Source of the DNA: Trueperaceae bacterium
GTDB lineage: Bacteria; Deinococcota; Deinococci; Deinococcales; Trueperaceae
Assembly: GCA_034520945.1 (NCBI GenBank)
Contig: JAXHNB010000005.1
Coordinates: forward strand, 448,001-512,000
Direction: 5' to 3'
Length of the DNA: 64,000 bases
This document shows, piece after piece, positions 1 to 12,419 of this stretch (the first letter of the stretch is position 1; the number at the start of each line of letters is the position of its first letter). The translations under genes were made by a program, and so were the position numbers. Below the pieces are notes generated by a model. It worked only from the letters and a program-made list of their open reading frames with translations, was not told the DNA's origin and ran no database searches.

Positions 1-213
1 TGGCAGCATCACCAGCGGGATGCCGATCGACTCCTCGACCGCGCGGGCGATGCGTTGTTCGCTGATCACCCCGATGTGGACCAGCACGTCCGCCAGCCGG
101 CCCCCCACGTCGGTGTGGCGTTGGATCGCCTCCTGCAACGCGTCGTCGGTGACGTAGCCGCGCTCCAGGAGGACCGCCCCCAGGCGCTTGTCACCGATGG
201 ACAGGACGGCCAT
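1..213 (-). CDS. Type IV pilus / T2SS assembly ATPase (PilB/GspE family), N-terminal part; runs off the window
   Basis: Manual translation MAVLSIGDKRLGAVLLERGYVTDDALQEAIQRHTDVGGRLADVLVHIGVISEQRIARA shows MshEN-like RLGxxL..G repeats; SD GGGGTGA upstream; overlaps the 3' end of the upstream gene. Confidence 0.75.
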   Translation of the reverse strand, partial: MAVLSIGDKRLGAVLLERGYVTDDALQEAIQRHTDVGGRLADVLVHIGVISEQRIARAVEESIGIPLVMLP

Positions 214-694
214 GTTCACCCCCCTTCAGCACGGCGCGCTCCAGCACCCGCAACGCCCGCGTGTGCGGCAGCCCGCCCTTTGTAAGCGGCGTGACCAGCA
301 CGGTCCCCAAGCCCGCGCTATGCGCCCCCAGTACGTCGGTGAACAGCTGGTCGCCCACCATCGCGACCTCGGCGGGGTCGCGTCCGAGCAGGTCCAGCCC
401 CCGCTGGTACGCGCGGCGCCGCGGCTTGCCGGCCAACGCCAACGCGGGCACGTCCAGCGCCTCCCTCGCCGCCGCCACGCGCGCCCGCGTGCCGTTGGAG
501 ACGATCGCCAGGGCGATCCCGGCCCGCCGCATGCCGTCCGTCCATGCCCGCACCTCTTCGGATGGGGTGGACGCGTCCGCGGCCTGCAGGGTCTCGTCCA
601 GATCGAGGAGCAGACCGCGCAGCCCATGCGCGCCCAGGACGGCCGGGGTGAGACAGCGGACGTGTTCGACGCGGATGTCGGGGCGTAGGCGCAC
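191..694 (-). CDS. YqeG-family HAD-IIIA phosphatase
   Basis: LLLDLDETL motif I, IVSNG, AGKP and MVGDQLFTDVLGA motifs; GTG start 6 nt after a TATGCT -10 box. Confidence 0.85.
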   Translation of the reverse strand: MRLRPDIRVEHVRCLTPAVLGAHGLRGLLLDLDETLQAADASTPSEEVRAWTDGMRRAGIALAIVSNGTRARVAAAREALDVPALALAGKPRRRAYQRGLDLLGRDPAEVAMVGDQLFTDVLGAHSAGLGTVLVTPLTKGGLPHTRALRVLERAVLKGGEHGRPVHR

Positions 695-781
695 CCAGGA
701 AGCATAGCAGTACGCCGTACGTTCGGCTGCCGAGGACCTCACGTTCGCGTTGCACGCCCGTCCCCGAGCGGCGTCATGCCT

Positions 782-1678
782 CTACCCTCCCTGCGTGCCC
801 GTCGGCGTGCGGGGGGCCCCAAGCGCCTCGCGCACCAACGGAACGAACGCCTCGGGGTCGTCCAGCCAGGGGTAGTGACCGCCCTCGACCATGCCGGTGG
901 TGGCGTGCGGGGCCCGCGCCAGACCGGCCTCCGCCTGTTCGGGGAACGAGGTGCCGTCCTGGGTGCCGAACAAGGCCACCAGGGGCGCCTGCACCTGGGC
1001 CAGGTCGTCCAGCACGGAGAGGCGCCAGACGTCTCCCGGTGCGTCGTGGCGTTGCGGGCCGAACTGCGCGACCGCGTCTGCGTGCTCCAGCCGCATGCGG
1101 CTGCTGGGGTCCGGAAACTCGAGCGCGTCCAGCAGCTGCTTTCCAGGCATCATCTCGTACGCCGTCTCGACGAGCTGGTCGGGGTCCAGCGCGTCCGGGT
1201 CCGCCAGCGCCTCTTCGCCCGGCAGCGCCTCGGCCGCCCGGCCGGCCATGCTTGCGGCACGGCGCTGCAGCGTGCGCGCCAAGAGCGGCATCGAGAACCA
1301 CGGATTGACGAGGACCAGCCGCTCGATGCGGTCTTGGTGCCGCACGGCGGCGCGGATCGCCACCAACGCACCGAACCCGTGCGCCAGCAGGGTGGCCCTC
1401 TCCAGGCGCGTGGCTCGCAGCAGGGTCGCGGCGTCGTCGGCGAGGTCGTCGAGCCCGAACGGCCCGCCGGCGTAGCTGCGGCCGCCGCCCCGCTGGTCGG
1501 CGTACAACATCCGGAAGTCCTCGAGCTCGTCGCCCATCAGGTCCCGGAAGCTGAACGACCCGTAGCCCGGACCGCCGTGAAGGTACAACACCACCGGCGC
1601 CTCCTGCGGCCCGGCCTGTTCGACGTAGAGGTCCGCGTCGCGGTCCTGAACCGTGATGGGCGCGTCGACCCAGCTCAC
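782..1678 (-). CDS. Alpha/beta hydrolase (proline iminopeptidase-like fold)
   Basis: YLHGGPG, YADQRGGGRS, nucleophile-elbow position reads AHGFGA, C-terminal GGHYPWLDDP; GTG start overlaps the upstream stop. Confidence 0.8.
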   Translation of the reverse strand: MSWVDAPITVQDRDADLYVEQAGPQEAPVVLYLHGGPGYGSFSFRDLMGDELEDFRMLYADQRGGGRSYAGGPFGLDDLADDAATLLRATRLERATLLAHGFGALVAIRAAVRHQDRIERLVLVNPWFSMPLLARTLQRRAASMAGRAAEALPGEEALADPDALDPDQLVETAYEMMPGKQLLDALEFPDPSSRMRLEHADAVAQFGPQRHDAPGDVWRLSVLDDLAQVQAPLVALFGTQDGTSFPEQAEAGLARAPHATTGMVEGGHYPWLDDPEAFVPLVREALGAPRTPTGTQGG

Positions 1679-1920
1679 CCGCGCGCCTCCCCGTTCGCCG
1701 CCGGTGCGTCCTCGAAGCGCCAGCGGCGGCAGTCTCGCAAGGTGTCCTCGTCGGCGGCGATGTCGCCCTCGATGAGCAACAGGTGCAGCGAGGCCTCCTC
1801 GCGGCTTCGCAGCAGGCGCGCGGGCACGCCGCGTTCCCGCAACCGCCGGCGCAGGGCCGCCAGGTGCGCGTGCGCGCCTGGCCCATTGCACTCGATGAAC
1901 GTAACCCCGTGGTGTTCCAT
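1675..1920 (-). CDS. Small hypothetical protein (81 aa)
   Basis: ATG 6 nt after TATGCT; stop overlaps the start of the hydrolase (GTGA coupling). Confidence 0.6.
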   Translation of the reverse strand: MEHHGVTFIECNGPGAHAHLAALRRRLRERGVPARLLRSREEASLHLLLIEGDIAADEDTLRDCRRWRFEDAPAANGEARG

Positions 1921-2016
1921 GCCCCGAGCATAGGAGCGTCCGCTGGCGCGCGTGGTAGCGTGAGGACGTGGGGGCGGCCCGGCGCCGCTTCCCGGCCCGG
2001 ACACGAGGAGGCGGAG

Positions 2017-2502
2017 ATGGACGAGTCCAGACGCGACCCGACCACCCCAGGTCCCCGCGAGCCCGAGCGGCGCGGGGCGTCCCGGCGCTCCCCGCACGGC
2101 CGGCCGCGCCGGCCCCGCCGGCGCACGCTCGGCGACCTGCGTCCGCTGGTGCGGGAAGGGCGGTACCGCATCGCCCGGCACGCCGCGCAGCACGCCGCGA
2201 CGGAGGGATTCACCGAACACGACATCGTCGCCACCGTCCTGCACGGCCGCGAAATGGTGCGCTACCTGGAGGACGAGCGTCTGCTGGTGCTCGGCTGGCT
2301 TCCCATCAGCGCCGACGTGAAGCTGCCGTTGCACGTGGTGTTGGAGTTCGCGCGGCCCCGTGCCGTGGACGTGGTGACGGCGTTCATCCCCGAAGAGCCG
2401 CACCGGGTACCTTCGCGGACGCGCCTGGCGGAGGTGCTTCGCTGGGACGCGCACGAGCCCCGCGCCGAACGCGAGGGAAAGGCTCACAAGGGGAGGCGGT
2501 AG
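2017..2502 (+). CDS. DUF4258-domain protein
   Basis: YRIARHAAQHAATEGFTEHDIVATVLHG...LPLHVVLEF...VVTAFIP pattern; SD GAGGAG upstream. Confidence 0.7.
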   Translation: MDESRRDPTTPGPREPERRGASRRSPHGRPRRPRRRTLGDLRPLVREGRYRIARHAAQHAATEGFTEHDIVATVLHGREMVRYLEDERLLVLGWLPISADVKLPLHVVLEFARPRAVDVVTAFIPEEPHRVPSRTRLAEVLRWDAHEPRAEREGKAHKGRR

Positions 2503-3245
2503 AAGCGGATCGCATTGTCGTCCAGCAGGGACGCCAGGGCGTCCGGGTCCTCGCCGCGCGCCTCGGCCAGGGCGCGGGCGGTGTACGCCACCCAGGCCGG
2601 GACGTTGCGGCGGCCGCGCTTCGGCTCCGGCGCCAGGAACGGCGCATCGGTCTCGACCAGCAGCCGCTCGCGCGGCACCTCCCGCGCCCGCTCACGCAGG
2701 TCGGCGGCGTTCTTGAACGTCAGGTTGCCGGCGAAGGACACCATCCAGCCCAGATCCAGCGCCGTGGCCATCAGCGCCGGGTCCCCCCCGAAGCAGTGCA
2801 GCACGCCGCGGGGGTGGCCCGCGTCGCGGATCGCCGCCTCCGCGGCCCGCGAGGCGTCGTCGGCACCTTGGGGGTCGCGGACGTGCAGGATCAGCGGCTT
2901 GTCGGACCGTCCCGCCAGCGCCGCGTGCCAGTCGAACGCCCGTCGCTGCACGTCCAGCGTGGTGTCCTGCCAGTGCGCGTCGAAGCCGGTCTCGCCGATG
3001 GCGACGACGCGTGGCTGCGACGACAGCGCCTCGATGCGTGCGCGCACGTCGGCGTCGTCGGCGAGGGGGGCGTCGTTGGGGTGGACGCCGACGGCTGCGA
3101 ACACGCGCGGGTGATCACGGGCGGTTTGGAGGGCCCCTTCGCTCCGTTCCGCGTCGGTGCCGATGGTGACCATGGCTCGGAGGTCGTTGTCCATCGCCGC
3201 CTCGGGGTCTGGTACGCGGTCGAGATGGCAATGCGTGTCGATCAT
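2484..3245 (-). CDS. tatD: TatD-family nuclease
   Basis: MIDTHCHLD, GVHP, AIGETGFD, LILHVRD, GVLHCF and LLVETDAPFLAP motifs. Confidence 0.92.
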   Translation of the reverse strand: MIDTHCHLDRVPDPEAAMDNDLRAMVTIGTDAERSEGALQTARDHPRVFAAVGVHPNDAPLADDADVRARIEALSSQPRVVAIGETGFDAHWQDTTLDVQRRAFDWHAALAGRSDKPLILHVRDPQGADDASRAAEAAIRDAGHPRGVLHCFGGDPALMATALDLGWMVSFAGNLTFKNAADLRERAREVPRERLLVETDAPFLAPEPKRGRRNVPAWVAYTARALAEARGEDPDALASLLDDNAIRFYRLPL

Positions 3246-3347
3246 CGTGCTAGGGTACGTTCTCTCGGGTGAGAGTTCTGTAAGAAGGGGGAACGTACGT
3301 TGTCCTCTGCGGCGCGTCCGCAGATCGCGAGGCCCACGTTGATGGCA

Positions 3348-3518
3348 ATGCAGTCCACACGTCACGAACCCGACCACGTCCAGCGGATGAGCACCGAGGA
3401 GCTCGCGAACACCATCGCGCGCTGCGAAGATGCCATCGCCGACGGCACGGCCGAGATCGAGGACTACGAGGCCTTCGTCCTGTGCCAGAAGGAGCTCGCG
3501 CGCCGTACCTGGGCCTGA
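3348..3518 (+). CDS. Small acidic helical hypothetical protein (about 56 aa; start uncertain)
   Basis: MQSTRHEPDHVQRMSTEELANTIARCEDAIADGTAEIEDYEAFVLCQKELARRTWA; genome-typical C/G-ending codons; fills the tatD-rlpA gap. Confidence 0.6.
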   Translation: MQSTRHEPDHVQRMSTEELANTIARCEDAIADGTAEIEDYEAFVLCQKELARRTWA

Positions 3519-3593
3519 GCGGCACGCGCGTCGCGGGCTTGGTGCAAGCGTGCGGGTGGCGCGGGCCGCCGGCGTCCGAGTATGGTGACGTTC

Positions 3594-4403
3594 ATGGCGT
3601 CCTACGTTCGTCCTCCCGTGGCCGGTTCGAATGCGCACGGCCTCGATGATCGATCCGCGGGGCCCGCCCCAGGGCGTCCCTTCGGCCGTCGCCCCCTCTT
3701 CTTCGTGGGGATGGCCGTGTTAGCCGCCGCCCTGGCGCTGAGCGCGTGCGCGCCCGCCTCGCGCACCGCCGCAGGTCCGCAGCCGCCCGCCTCCCCGGAC
3801 ACGGAGGTGGCCGCCACGCCCGAACCGACGGCCGCCACGCCCGAATCCGCGGCCGCCCCGACCCTGGCCCACGACTGGGTGGAGGAGGGGCAGGCGTCGT
3901 GGTACGGCCCGAACTTCGTGGGGCGGCCGACCGCCAACGGCGAGACGTTCGATCCACAGCGGCTGACCGCCGCGCACCCCAGCCTGCCGTTCGACACCCG
4001 CGTGCGGGTGACCCACCTCGCGACCGACCGGTCGGTGGTGGTGCGCATCAACGATCGTGGACCGTTCAAGCCGGGCCGCGTGATCGACCTGTCGCGTGCC
4101 GCGGCCGAGGCGATCGGCCTGATCTCCTCCGGCGTGGCCGCCGTCCGGATCGAGCCGGCCGAGGCGTCGGGCGGTCCGCGCACCGTCCGGGTCGACCCGC
4201 GCCTGGGCGGCTACGACGTGATCGTGCCCGGTCTCGATCCCGGGTCGTTGGTGGTGCTGCGCAACGAGGCGGGCGCCTCCGTGCTGGTGCGGGCGGTGCC
4301 TCTTACGCCGCAGACGGGCGCCGAGGGGGGCGGCGAGGCGGTGTTCGCCTCCTCGGGCCTGGCGTCGCGGCTGGGCGACGCCGCCACCGTGATGGCGGAC
4401 TGA
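3594..4403 (+). CDS. rlpA: RlpA-family septal ring lytic transglycosylase lipoprotein
   Basis: Lipobox LSAC; GQASWYG, TAAHPSLPF and VRINDRGPF..RVIDLSRAAA motifs; ATG 7 nt after TATGGT. Confidence 0.88.
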   Translation: MASYVRPPVAGSNAHGLDDRSAGPAPGRPFGRRPLFFVGMAVLAAALALSACAPASRTAAGPQPPASPDTEVAATPEPTAATPESAAAPTLAHDWVEEGQASWYGPNFVGRPTANGETFDPQRLTAAHPSLPFDTRVRVTHLATDRSVVVRINDRGPFKPGRVIDLSRAAAEAIGLISSGVAAVRIEPAEASGGPRTVRVDPRLGGYDVIVPGLDPGSLVVLRNEAGASVLVRAVPLTPQTGAEGGGEAVFASSGLASRLGDAATVMAD

Positions 4404-4411
4404 CGCGCGGC

Positions 4412-5190
4412 TCAGCGCTGGCAGGCCGCGCGGATCTCGGCGGCCAGCGCGCCGGCGTCACCTCCGTCCTGGATGGCGCGGATCAGGGCGCTGCCGACGA
4501 CCACGCCGTCGGCGAAGGCGGCTACTTGGCGCGCCGTCGCGCCGCTGGACACCCCGAAGCCGACCGCGACCGGAAGGTCGCTGGCCTGCCGCACGCGCGA
4601 CACCAGGTCCGCGACCTCGGCGCCCACCTGGTCGCGCGCGCCGGTGACGCCGGTGACGGAGACCGCGTACACGAATCCGCGGCAGGCCTCCGTGACGCGC
4701 GCGATCCGCGCCTGCGTGGAGGTCGGCGCGACCAGAAACACCGTGTCCAGGTCGTGCGCGCGGGCTTCGGGGATCAGCGTCTCGGCCTCGTCGGGCGGAA
4801 GGTCGGGCAGGATCAGCCCGTCGGCGCCGGCCGCCGCCAAGTCCCGCACGAACCCGCGTTCGCCGCCACCTTGGTAGCAGTAGATCGGGTTGTAGTAGCT
4901 CATCAGCACCAGCGGGGCGTCCGACTCGGCGCGCAGCGTCTCGATCCAAGAGAACACCTCCCGGGGGGTGGTGCCGTCCCGGAGCGCCGTCTCGCCGGCC
5001 TGCTGGATGGTGGGGCCGTCCCCCAACGGGTCGGAGTAGGGCAGGCCCACCTCGAGCACGTCGGCGTGACGCAGCAGCGTACGGGCGTGGTCCAGGTATT
5101 CGCGTCGGCTCGGGAAGCCGGCCGTGAGGTAGGGCACGAAGGCGGCGCGGTTCTCGGCGCGGGCGCGGGCGAAGGCGGAGGCGATGCGGC

Positions 5191-5194
<4 letters not shown>
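4412..5194 (-). CDS. trpA: Tryptophan synthase alpha subunit
   Basis: [54 protein letters not shown]. Confidence 0.96.
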
Positions 5195-6411
<1,217 letters not shown>

Positions 6412-6507
6412 GGGGCCTCCTCGGGACCGGCGGCCGGACGCGCGGATAGGCGCGGGCCGCGGCGAAGGCGGTTCGGGGTCAGAAGCAGGAATGCGGGCCG
6501 TGCCGGC

Positions 6508-6585
6508 CTAGGCGTGGCCACGCCGCCAACGCTGGTGGCGCCGCTTGAAGGCGCGGGGCGTGCGGACGCGCGGGCGGGGCCTCAT
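6508..6585 (-). CDS. Candidate trp leader peptide (25 aa, MRPRPRVRTPRAFKRRHQRWRRGHA)
   Basis: ATG 7 nt after a TAGACT -10 box (6593-6598); one Trp codon near the end; lies in the gluQ-trpB gap. Confidence 0.45.
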   Translation of the reverse strand: MRPRPRVRTPRAFKRRHQRWRRGHA

Positions 6586-6595
6586 GCCGGGGAGT

Positions 6596-7585
6596 CTACC
6601 GGGGCGTCCCGCCGCTGTCCAGGCGCCGCTCCGCACGGATCCAGGCCAGCGCGTCGGCGTCCAGGCGCGCGGGGTGGCGGGCCAGGCGCGTCACGTCGAA
6701 CGCGGCCACCAGCTCCCGCGCCGTCGCCTCGCGCGGCGCGTCCAGCAGGCCGAGGCCGTACGCCAGCCAGCCGACCACCCGCGCCGGCCGCACCCCCTCG
6801 TCGCGCAGCGCGCGCAGGGTCAGGTCGCCCCGTCGCTTGGCGAGGCGCTGCCCGCCGGCGTCCAGCAACAGCGGCAGGTGCAGGAAGCCGGGCGGCGCCA
6901 GGCCCAGGGCGTGGTACAGCGCGACCTGTCCGGCGGTGGCGTCCAGGAGGTCGTCGGCCCGCACCACCTCGCGGACGTTCATGGCGGCGTCGTCGACCAC
7001 CACCGCCAGCTGATAGGCCCAGGCGCCGTCGGCGCGGCGGAGCACCAGGTCCCCCGCGTCGCGGGCCACGTCCGCGCGCACCTCGCCCCGCAGGCCGTCG
7101 TGGAACGTCACCGGGCCGGGGGGGAGTCGCACGCGCGTGGCGGGCGTCTTGCCCTCGCGCTGCTTGCGGGCGGCCACACGGTCGTTCGCGACGCGTTGCT
7201 CGGGACCGTAGACCGGCGCGCGCCCGTGCGGGGCCGACGCCATCTCGCGCAGGTCCTTGCGGGACAGCCAACAGTCGAAGGTCAGGCCCTGCGCGCTCAG
7301 GGTGCTCAGGGCGCGCGCGTACGCCTCCCCCCGCTGCGACTGCTCGTAGGGGGCGTGCGGCCCGCCGACGTCCGGCCCCTCGTCCCAGTCGATGCCCAGC
7401 CAGCGCAGCTCCTCCAGGTTGCCCGTCACCGCTTCTTGTACGGTGCGCGGCCCGTCGAGGTCCTCCACCCGCATCACGAACGAGGCCCCGGCGGCGCGCG
7501 CCCGCCACCAGGCGGCCAGGGCCGTTCGGGCGTTGCCGAGGTGCAGCCAGCCGGTCGGAGAGGGGGCGTAGCGGCCGCGCGGCAT
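6596..7585 (-). CDS. gluQ: Glutamyl-queuosine tRNA(Asp) synthetase
   Basis: GRYAPSPTGWLHLGN, RVEDLDGPR, AYQLAVVVDD and RLAKR; no anticodon-binding domain (329 aa). Confidence 0.9.
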   Translation of the reverse strand: MPRGRYAPSPTGWLHLGNARTALAAWWRARAAGASFVMRVEDLDGPRTVQEAVTGNLEELRWLGIDWDEGPDVGGPHAPYEQSQRGEAYARALSTLSAQGLTFDCWLSRKDLREMASAPHGRAPVYGPEQRVANDRVAARKQREGKTPATRVRLPPGPVTFHDGLRGEVRADVARDAGDLVLRRADGAWAYQLAVVVDDAAMNVREVVRADDLLDATAGQVALYHALGLAPPGFLHLPLLLDAGGQRLAKRRGDLTLRALRDEGVRPARVVGWLAYGLGLLDAPREATARELVAAFDVTRLARHPARLDADALAWIRAERRLDSGGTPR

Positions 7586-8176
7586 TCAGCCCGCCCGGAC
7601 CTCGATGCGGCCGTCCGCTTCGTGCAACGCCTCCACGACCGCCAGCGCCAGCACCGGCACGCCGAGGTCGGCCAGGCGGGCACGGCCGTCCTCGAACGAC
7701 TTCTCGATCACCGCGCCAATGCCGACCAGCTGTGCGTCCGCGGCCATGATCAGCTCGACCAGCGCGCCGATGGTGTGCCCCCGGGCGAGGAAATCGTCGA
7801 TGATCAGCACCCGCGCGCCGTGCGGAAGCAGTTCGGGCGACACGATCAGCGGCGTGGTGCCCCCCTTGGTGCGGCTGGGCGCGCGGGCCTCCAGCACCGG
7901 GCCCGGTAGGGTCGCCGGGCGCGTCTTGCGGGCGTACACCACCGGCACGTCCAGCGCGACGGCGGTCGCGAAGGCGGGCCCGATCCCGGAGGTCTCGGCG
8001 GTGAGCACCACGCCTGGGCGCGTTGCGCCGGCCGCCGCGAAGCGGGCCTGGAAGGCGCGTCCCATCGCCAGCGTCAGGGCCGGCTCCAGGCGGTGGTTCA
8101 AGAAGCCGTCGACCTTCAGCAGGCCGCCGGGAAGGACGCGTCCCTCCCGGCGGATGCGGCGCACCAGCTCGTCCAC
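7586..8176 (-). CDS. xpt: Xanthine phosphoribosyltransferase
   Basis: LLKVDGFLNH, VLTAETSGI, VLIIDDFLARG PRPP motif, IEKSFEDGR. Confidence 0.9.
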   Translation of the reverse strand: MDELVRRIRREGRVLPGGLLKVDGFLNHRLEPALTLAMGRAFQARFAAAGATRPGVVLTAETSGIGPAFATAVALDVPVVYARKTRPATLPGPVLEARAPSRTKGGTTPLIVSPELLPHGARVLIIDDFLARGHTIGALVELIMAADAQLVGIGAVIEKSFEDGRARLADLGVPVLALAVVEALHEADGRIEVRAG

Positions 8177-8178
8177 GT

Positions 8179-10337
<2,159 letters not shown>

Positions 10338-10471
10338 CGTGAACCTCCCGGGCCGACGTTCGACCGCCTGAGGGTACCCCGGAGAACGGCACTGGGCAAT
10401 GCGCGTCGGAGGGGACGCCATCCATGCGGTGCGGTACGCCCTGCGTAGGCGGCCAGCGGTAGAGTCGCCGC

Positions 10472-10972
10472 ATGTATCGGACTGCGATCCTCACCGTCAG
10501 CGACAAGGGGGCGTCCGGCCAACGCGAGGACCGCTCGGTACAGGCGCTCCGCGACGTGCTGGCAGGTGGGCCGTTCGTCGAAGTGGACTACGAGCTCGTA
10601 CCAGACGAGCAGGCTCGCATACGCGCCAAGCTGCGGCTGTGGTCCGACGCCGACGACGTCGACCTGGTGCTCACCTGCGGAGGGACCGGCCTGTCGCTAC
10701 GCGATCGCACCCCCGAGGCGACGCGCGAAGTGATCGAGCGCGACGTCCCCGGGCTGCCGGAGTTGATGCGCTCCGTGGGCGCGCGATCGAACCCACTGGC
10801 CGTGCTGTCTCGGGGCCTGGTGGGCGTGCGGCGGGGGACGCTCATCGTGAACCTTCCCGGGAGCCCGCCGGGGGCGTCCGAGGCGCTCGGTGCGGCGCTA
10901 CCGGTGCTTCCGCACGCGTTGGACGTGCTGAAGGGCGAGGGCCACGCCGACCCCGGCGCCTGGCACGAGTGA
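10472..10972 (+). CDS. MogA/MoaB molybdopterin adenylyltransferase
   Basis: [32 protein letters not shown]. Confidence 0.92.
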   Translation: MYRTAILTVSDKGASGQREDRSVQALRDVLAGGPFVEVDYELVPDEQARIRAKLRLWSDADDVDLVLTCGGTGLSLRDRTPEATREVIERDVPGLPELMRSVGARSNPLAVLSRGLVGVRRGTLIVNLPGSPPGASEALGAALPVLPHALDVLKGEGHADPGAWHE

Positions 10973-10984
10973 GTCGGGACGGAC

Positions 10985-11464
10985 ATGATCTGGCTGGCGC
11001 TCACCGTGTTCGGTCTGTCGCTCGTGATCGCCCTGGCGGGCGTGATCGTGCCGTTGCTGCCGGGCGTGCCGCTGGCCGCGGCCGGCGCGATCCTGGCCGC
11101 CTGGATCCGCGGCTTCGAGGGGGTCGGTTGGACCCCCCTGGCGTGGGTGGTGGTGCTGGCGATCGTGGCGCAGCTGCTGGACATTGCGGCCGGTGCGTTC
11201 GGCGCGCGGGTGTACGGCGCGGGTCGGGCCGGCTTCTGGGGCGGGGTGATCGGCTCGCTTCTGGGGTTGCTATGGTTTCCGCCGTTCGGATTCCTGTTGG
11301 GGGCCCTGGTCGGGGCGGTGGGGGCCGAGCTGGCGACCGGGCGCCCGGCGCCGGAGGCATTCCGGGCCGGCATCGGCGCGTTCGCCGGCAGCGTCGGCGG
11401 CGTGGTCGCCAAGTTCCTGATCACGATCGCCATGGCGGTCGTGATGATCCCCGCGCTGCTGTGA
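10985..11464 (+). CDS. DUF456-family membrane protein
   Basis: GVIVPLLPG start, Gly-rich hydrophobic helices, GAVGAEL motif. Confidence 0.8.
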   Translation: MIWLALTVFGLSLVIALAGVIVPLLPGVPLAAAGAILAAWIRGFEGVGWTPLAWVVVLAIVAQLLDIAAGAFGARVYGAGRAGFWGGVIGSLLGLLWFPPFGFLLGALVGAVGAELATGRPAPEAFRAGIGAFAGSVGGVVAKFLITIAMAVVMIPALL

Positions 11465-11501
11465 ACGTTGCTAGCATGCGGGTTCTGAAAGCGAGGTGCG
11501 A

Positions 11502-12419
11502 ATGGACCCGATCCTGATCTCGATCGGCCCCCTGGCGATTCGGTGGTACGGCCTGCTGATCGCCCTCGGCGTGGTGGCCGGGTCGATATGGGCGCTGCGC
11601 GAGGCGCGCAGGCGCGAAATGAACACCGAGGCGCTATTGGACATGGCGCCGTGGCTGATGATCGCCGGGATCCTCGGCGCGCGGGCGGTCTTCGTGGCGA
11701 CCAGCCCGGGCCCGTTCTTCGGTCCCGGCGGCAACCCCTGGAGCGCCTTGGCGATCTGGCAGGGCGGCCTCAGCATTCACGGCGCCATCCTCGGCGTGAT
11801 GCTGGCGGTATTGCTGCTGGCGCGCCGGCGCGGCATGCGGCCGTGGGCGGTGATGGACGTGCTCACGCCGCTGGGCGCGTTCGGCATCATCGGTGGGCGC
11901 ATCGGCAACGTCATGAACGGCACCGACACCGGCGGGCGCCTGACCGAGCTGGGGATCGGCGTGACCTGGCCCGAACCCGGCACCGAGACGTTGGGGGCGT
12001 TCGGGCGGGTGGTGTTCGGCCCCGAGCTGTGGCAGTACGGCCCCCCGGCGTGCCAGACGGTGCCCGCCGGCGAGGCGTGCGTGGTGCACCTCACGCCGAT
12101 CTACGGCGCCGTGGTCGGCGTGCTGCTGATCCCGATCCTGGCGTGGGCGTTCCGGCGCAGCACCGCGCCCGGCTTCGTGTTCGCGCATCTCGCGGTGTGG
12201 TACTCGCTGCTTCGCAGCGTGTTGGAGGAGCCGTTCCGGGACAACCCGCTGGCGTGGCCCGTCTTCGAACACGCCACCGCGGGGATCGGCCTGTTCACCC
12301 TCACCCAACTGGTGTCCATCCCGATCGTGCTGATCGCGGTGTACGCGCTGTTCACCCTCGATCCCGATCGCGACGACCGCAAGGGCCGGCTGGCGCGACG
12401 GGCGGCCAACCGGCGGTGA
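11502..12419 (+). CDS. lgt: Prolipoprotein diacylglyceryl transferase
   Basis: GPLAIRWYGLL, GILGAR, IWQGGLSIHGA, GRIGN. Confidence 0.95.
   Translation: MDPILISIGPLAIRWYGLLIALGVVAGSIWALREARRREMNTEALLDMAPWLMIAGILGARAVFVATSPGPFFGPGGNPWSALAIWQGGLSIHGAILGVMLAVLLLARRRGMRPWAVMDVLTPLGAFGIIGGRIGNVMNGTDTGGRLTELGIGVTWPEPGTETLGAFGRVVFGPELWQYGPPACQTVPAGEACVVHLTPIYGAVVGVLLIPILAWAFRRSTAPGFVFAHLAVWYSLLRSVLEEPFRDNPLAWPVFEHATAGIGLFTLTQLVSIPIVLIAVYALFTLDPDRDDRKGRLARRAANRR

Noticed and set aside
3276..3293. TTCTGTAAGAAGGGGGAA as a Deinococcus radiation/desiccation response motif
   Set aside because: Only the left half resembles the 17-bp palindrome as I recall it; the right half and spacing do not fit
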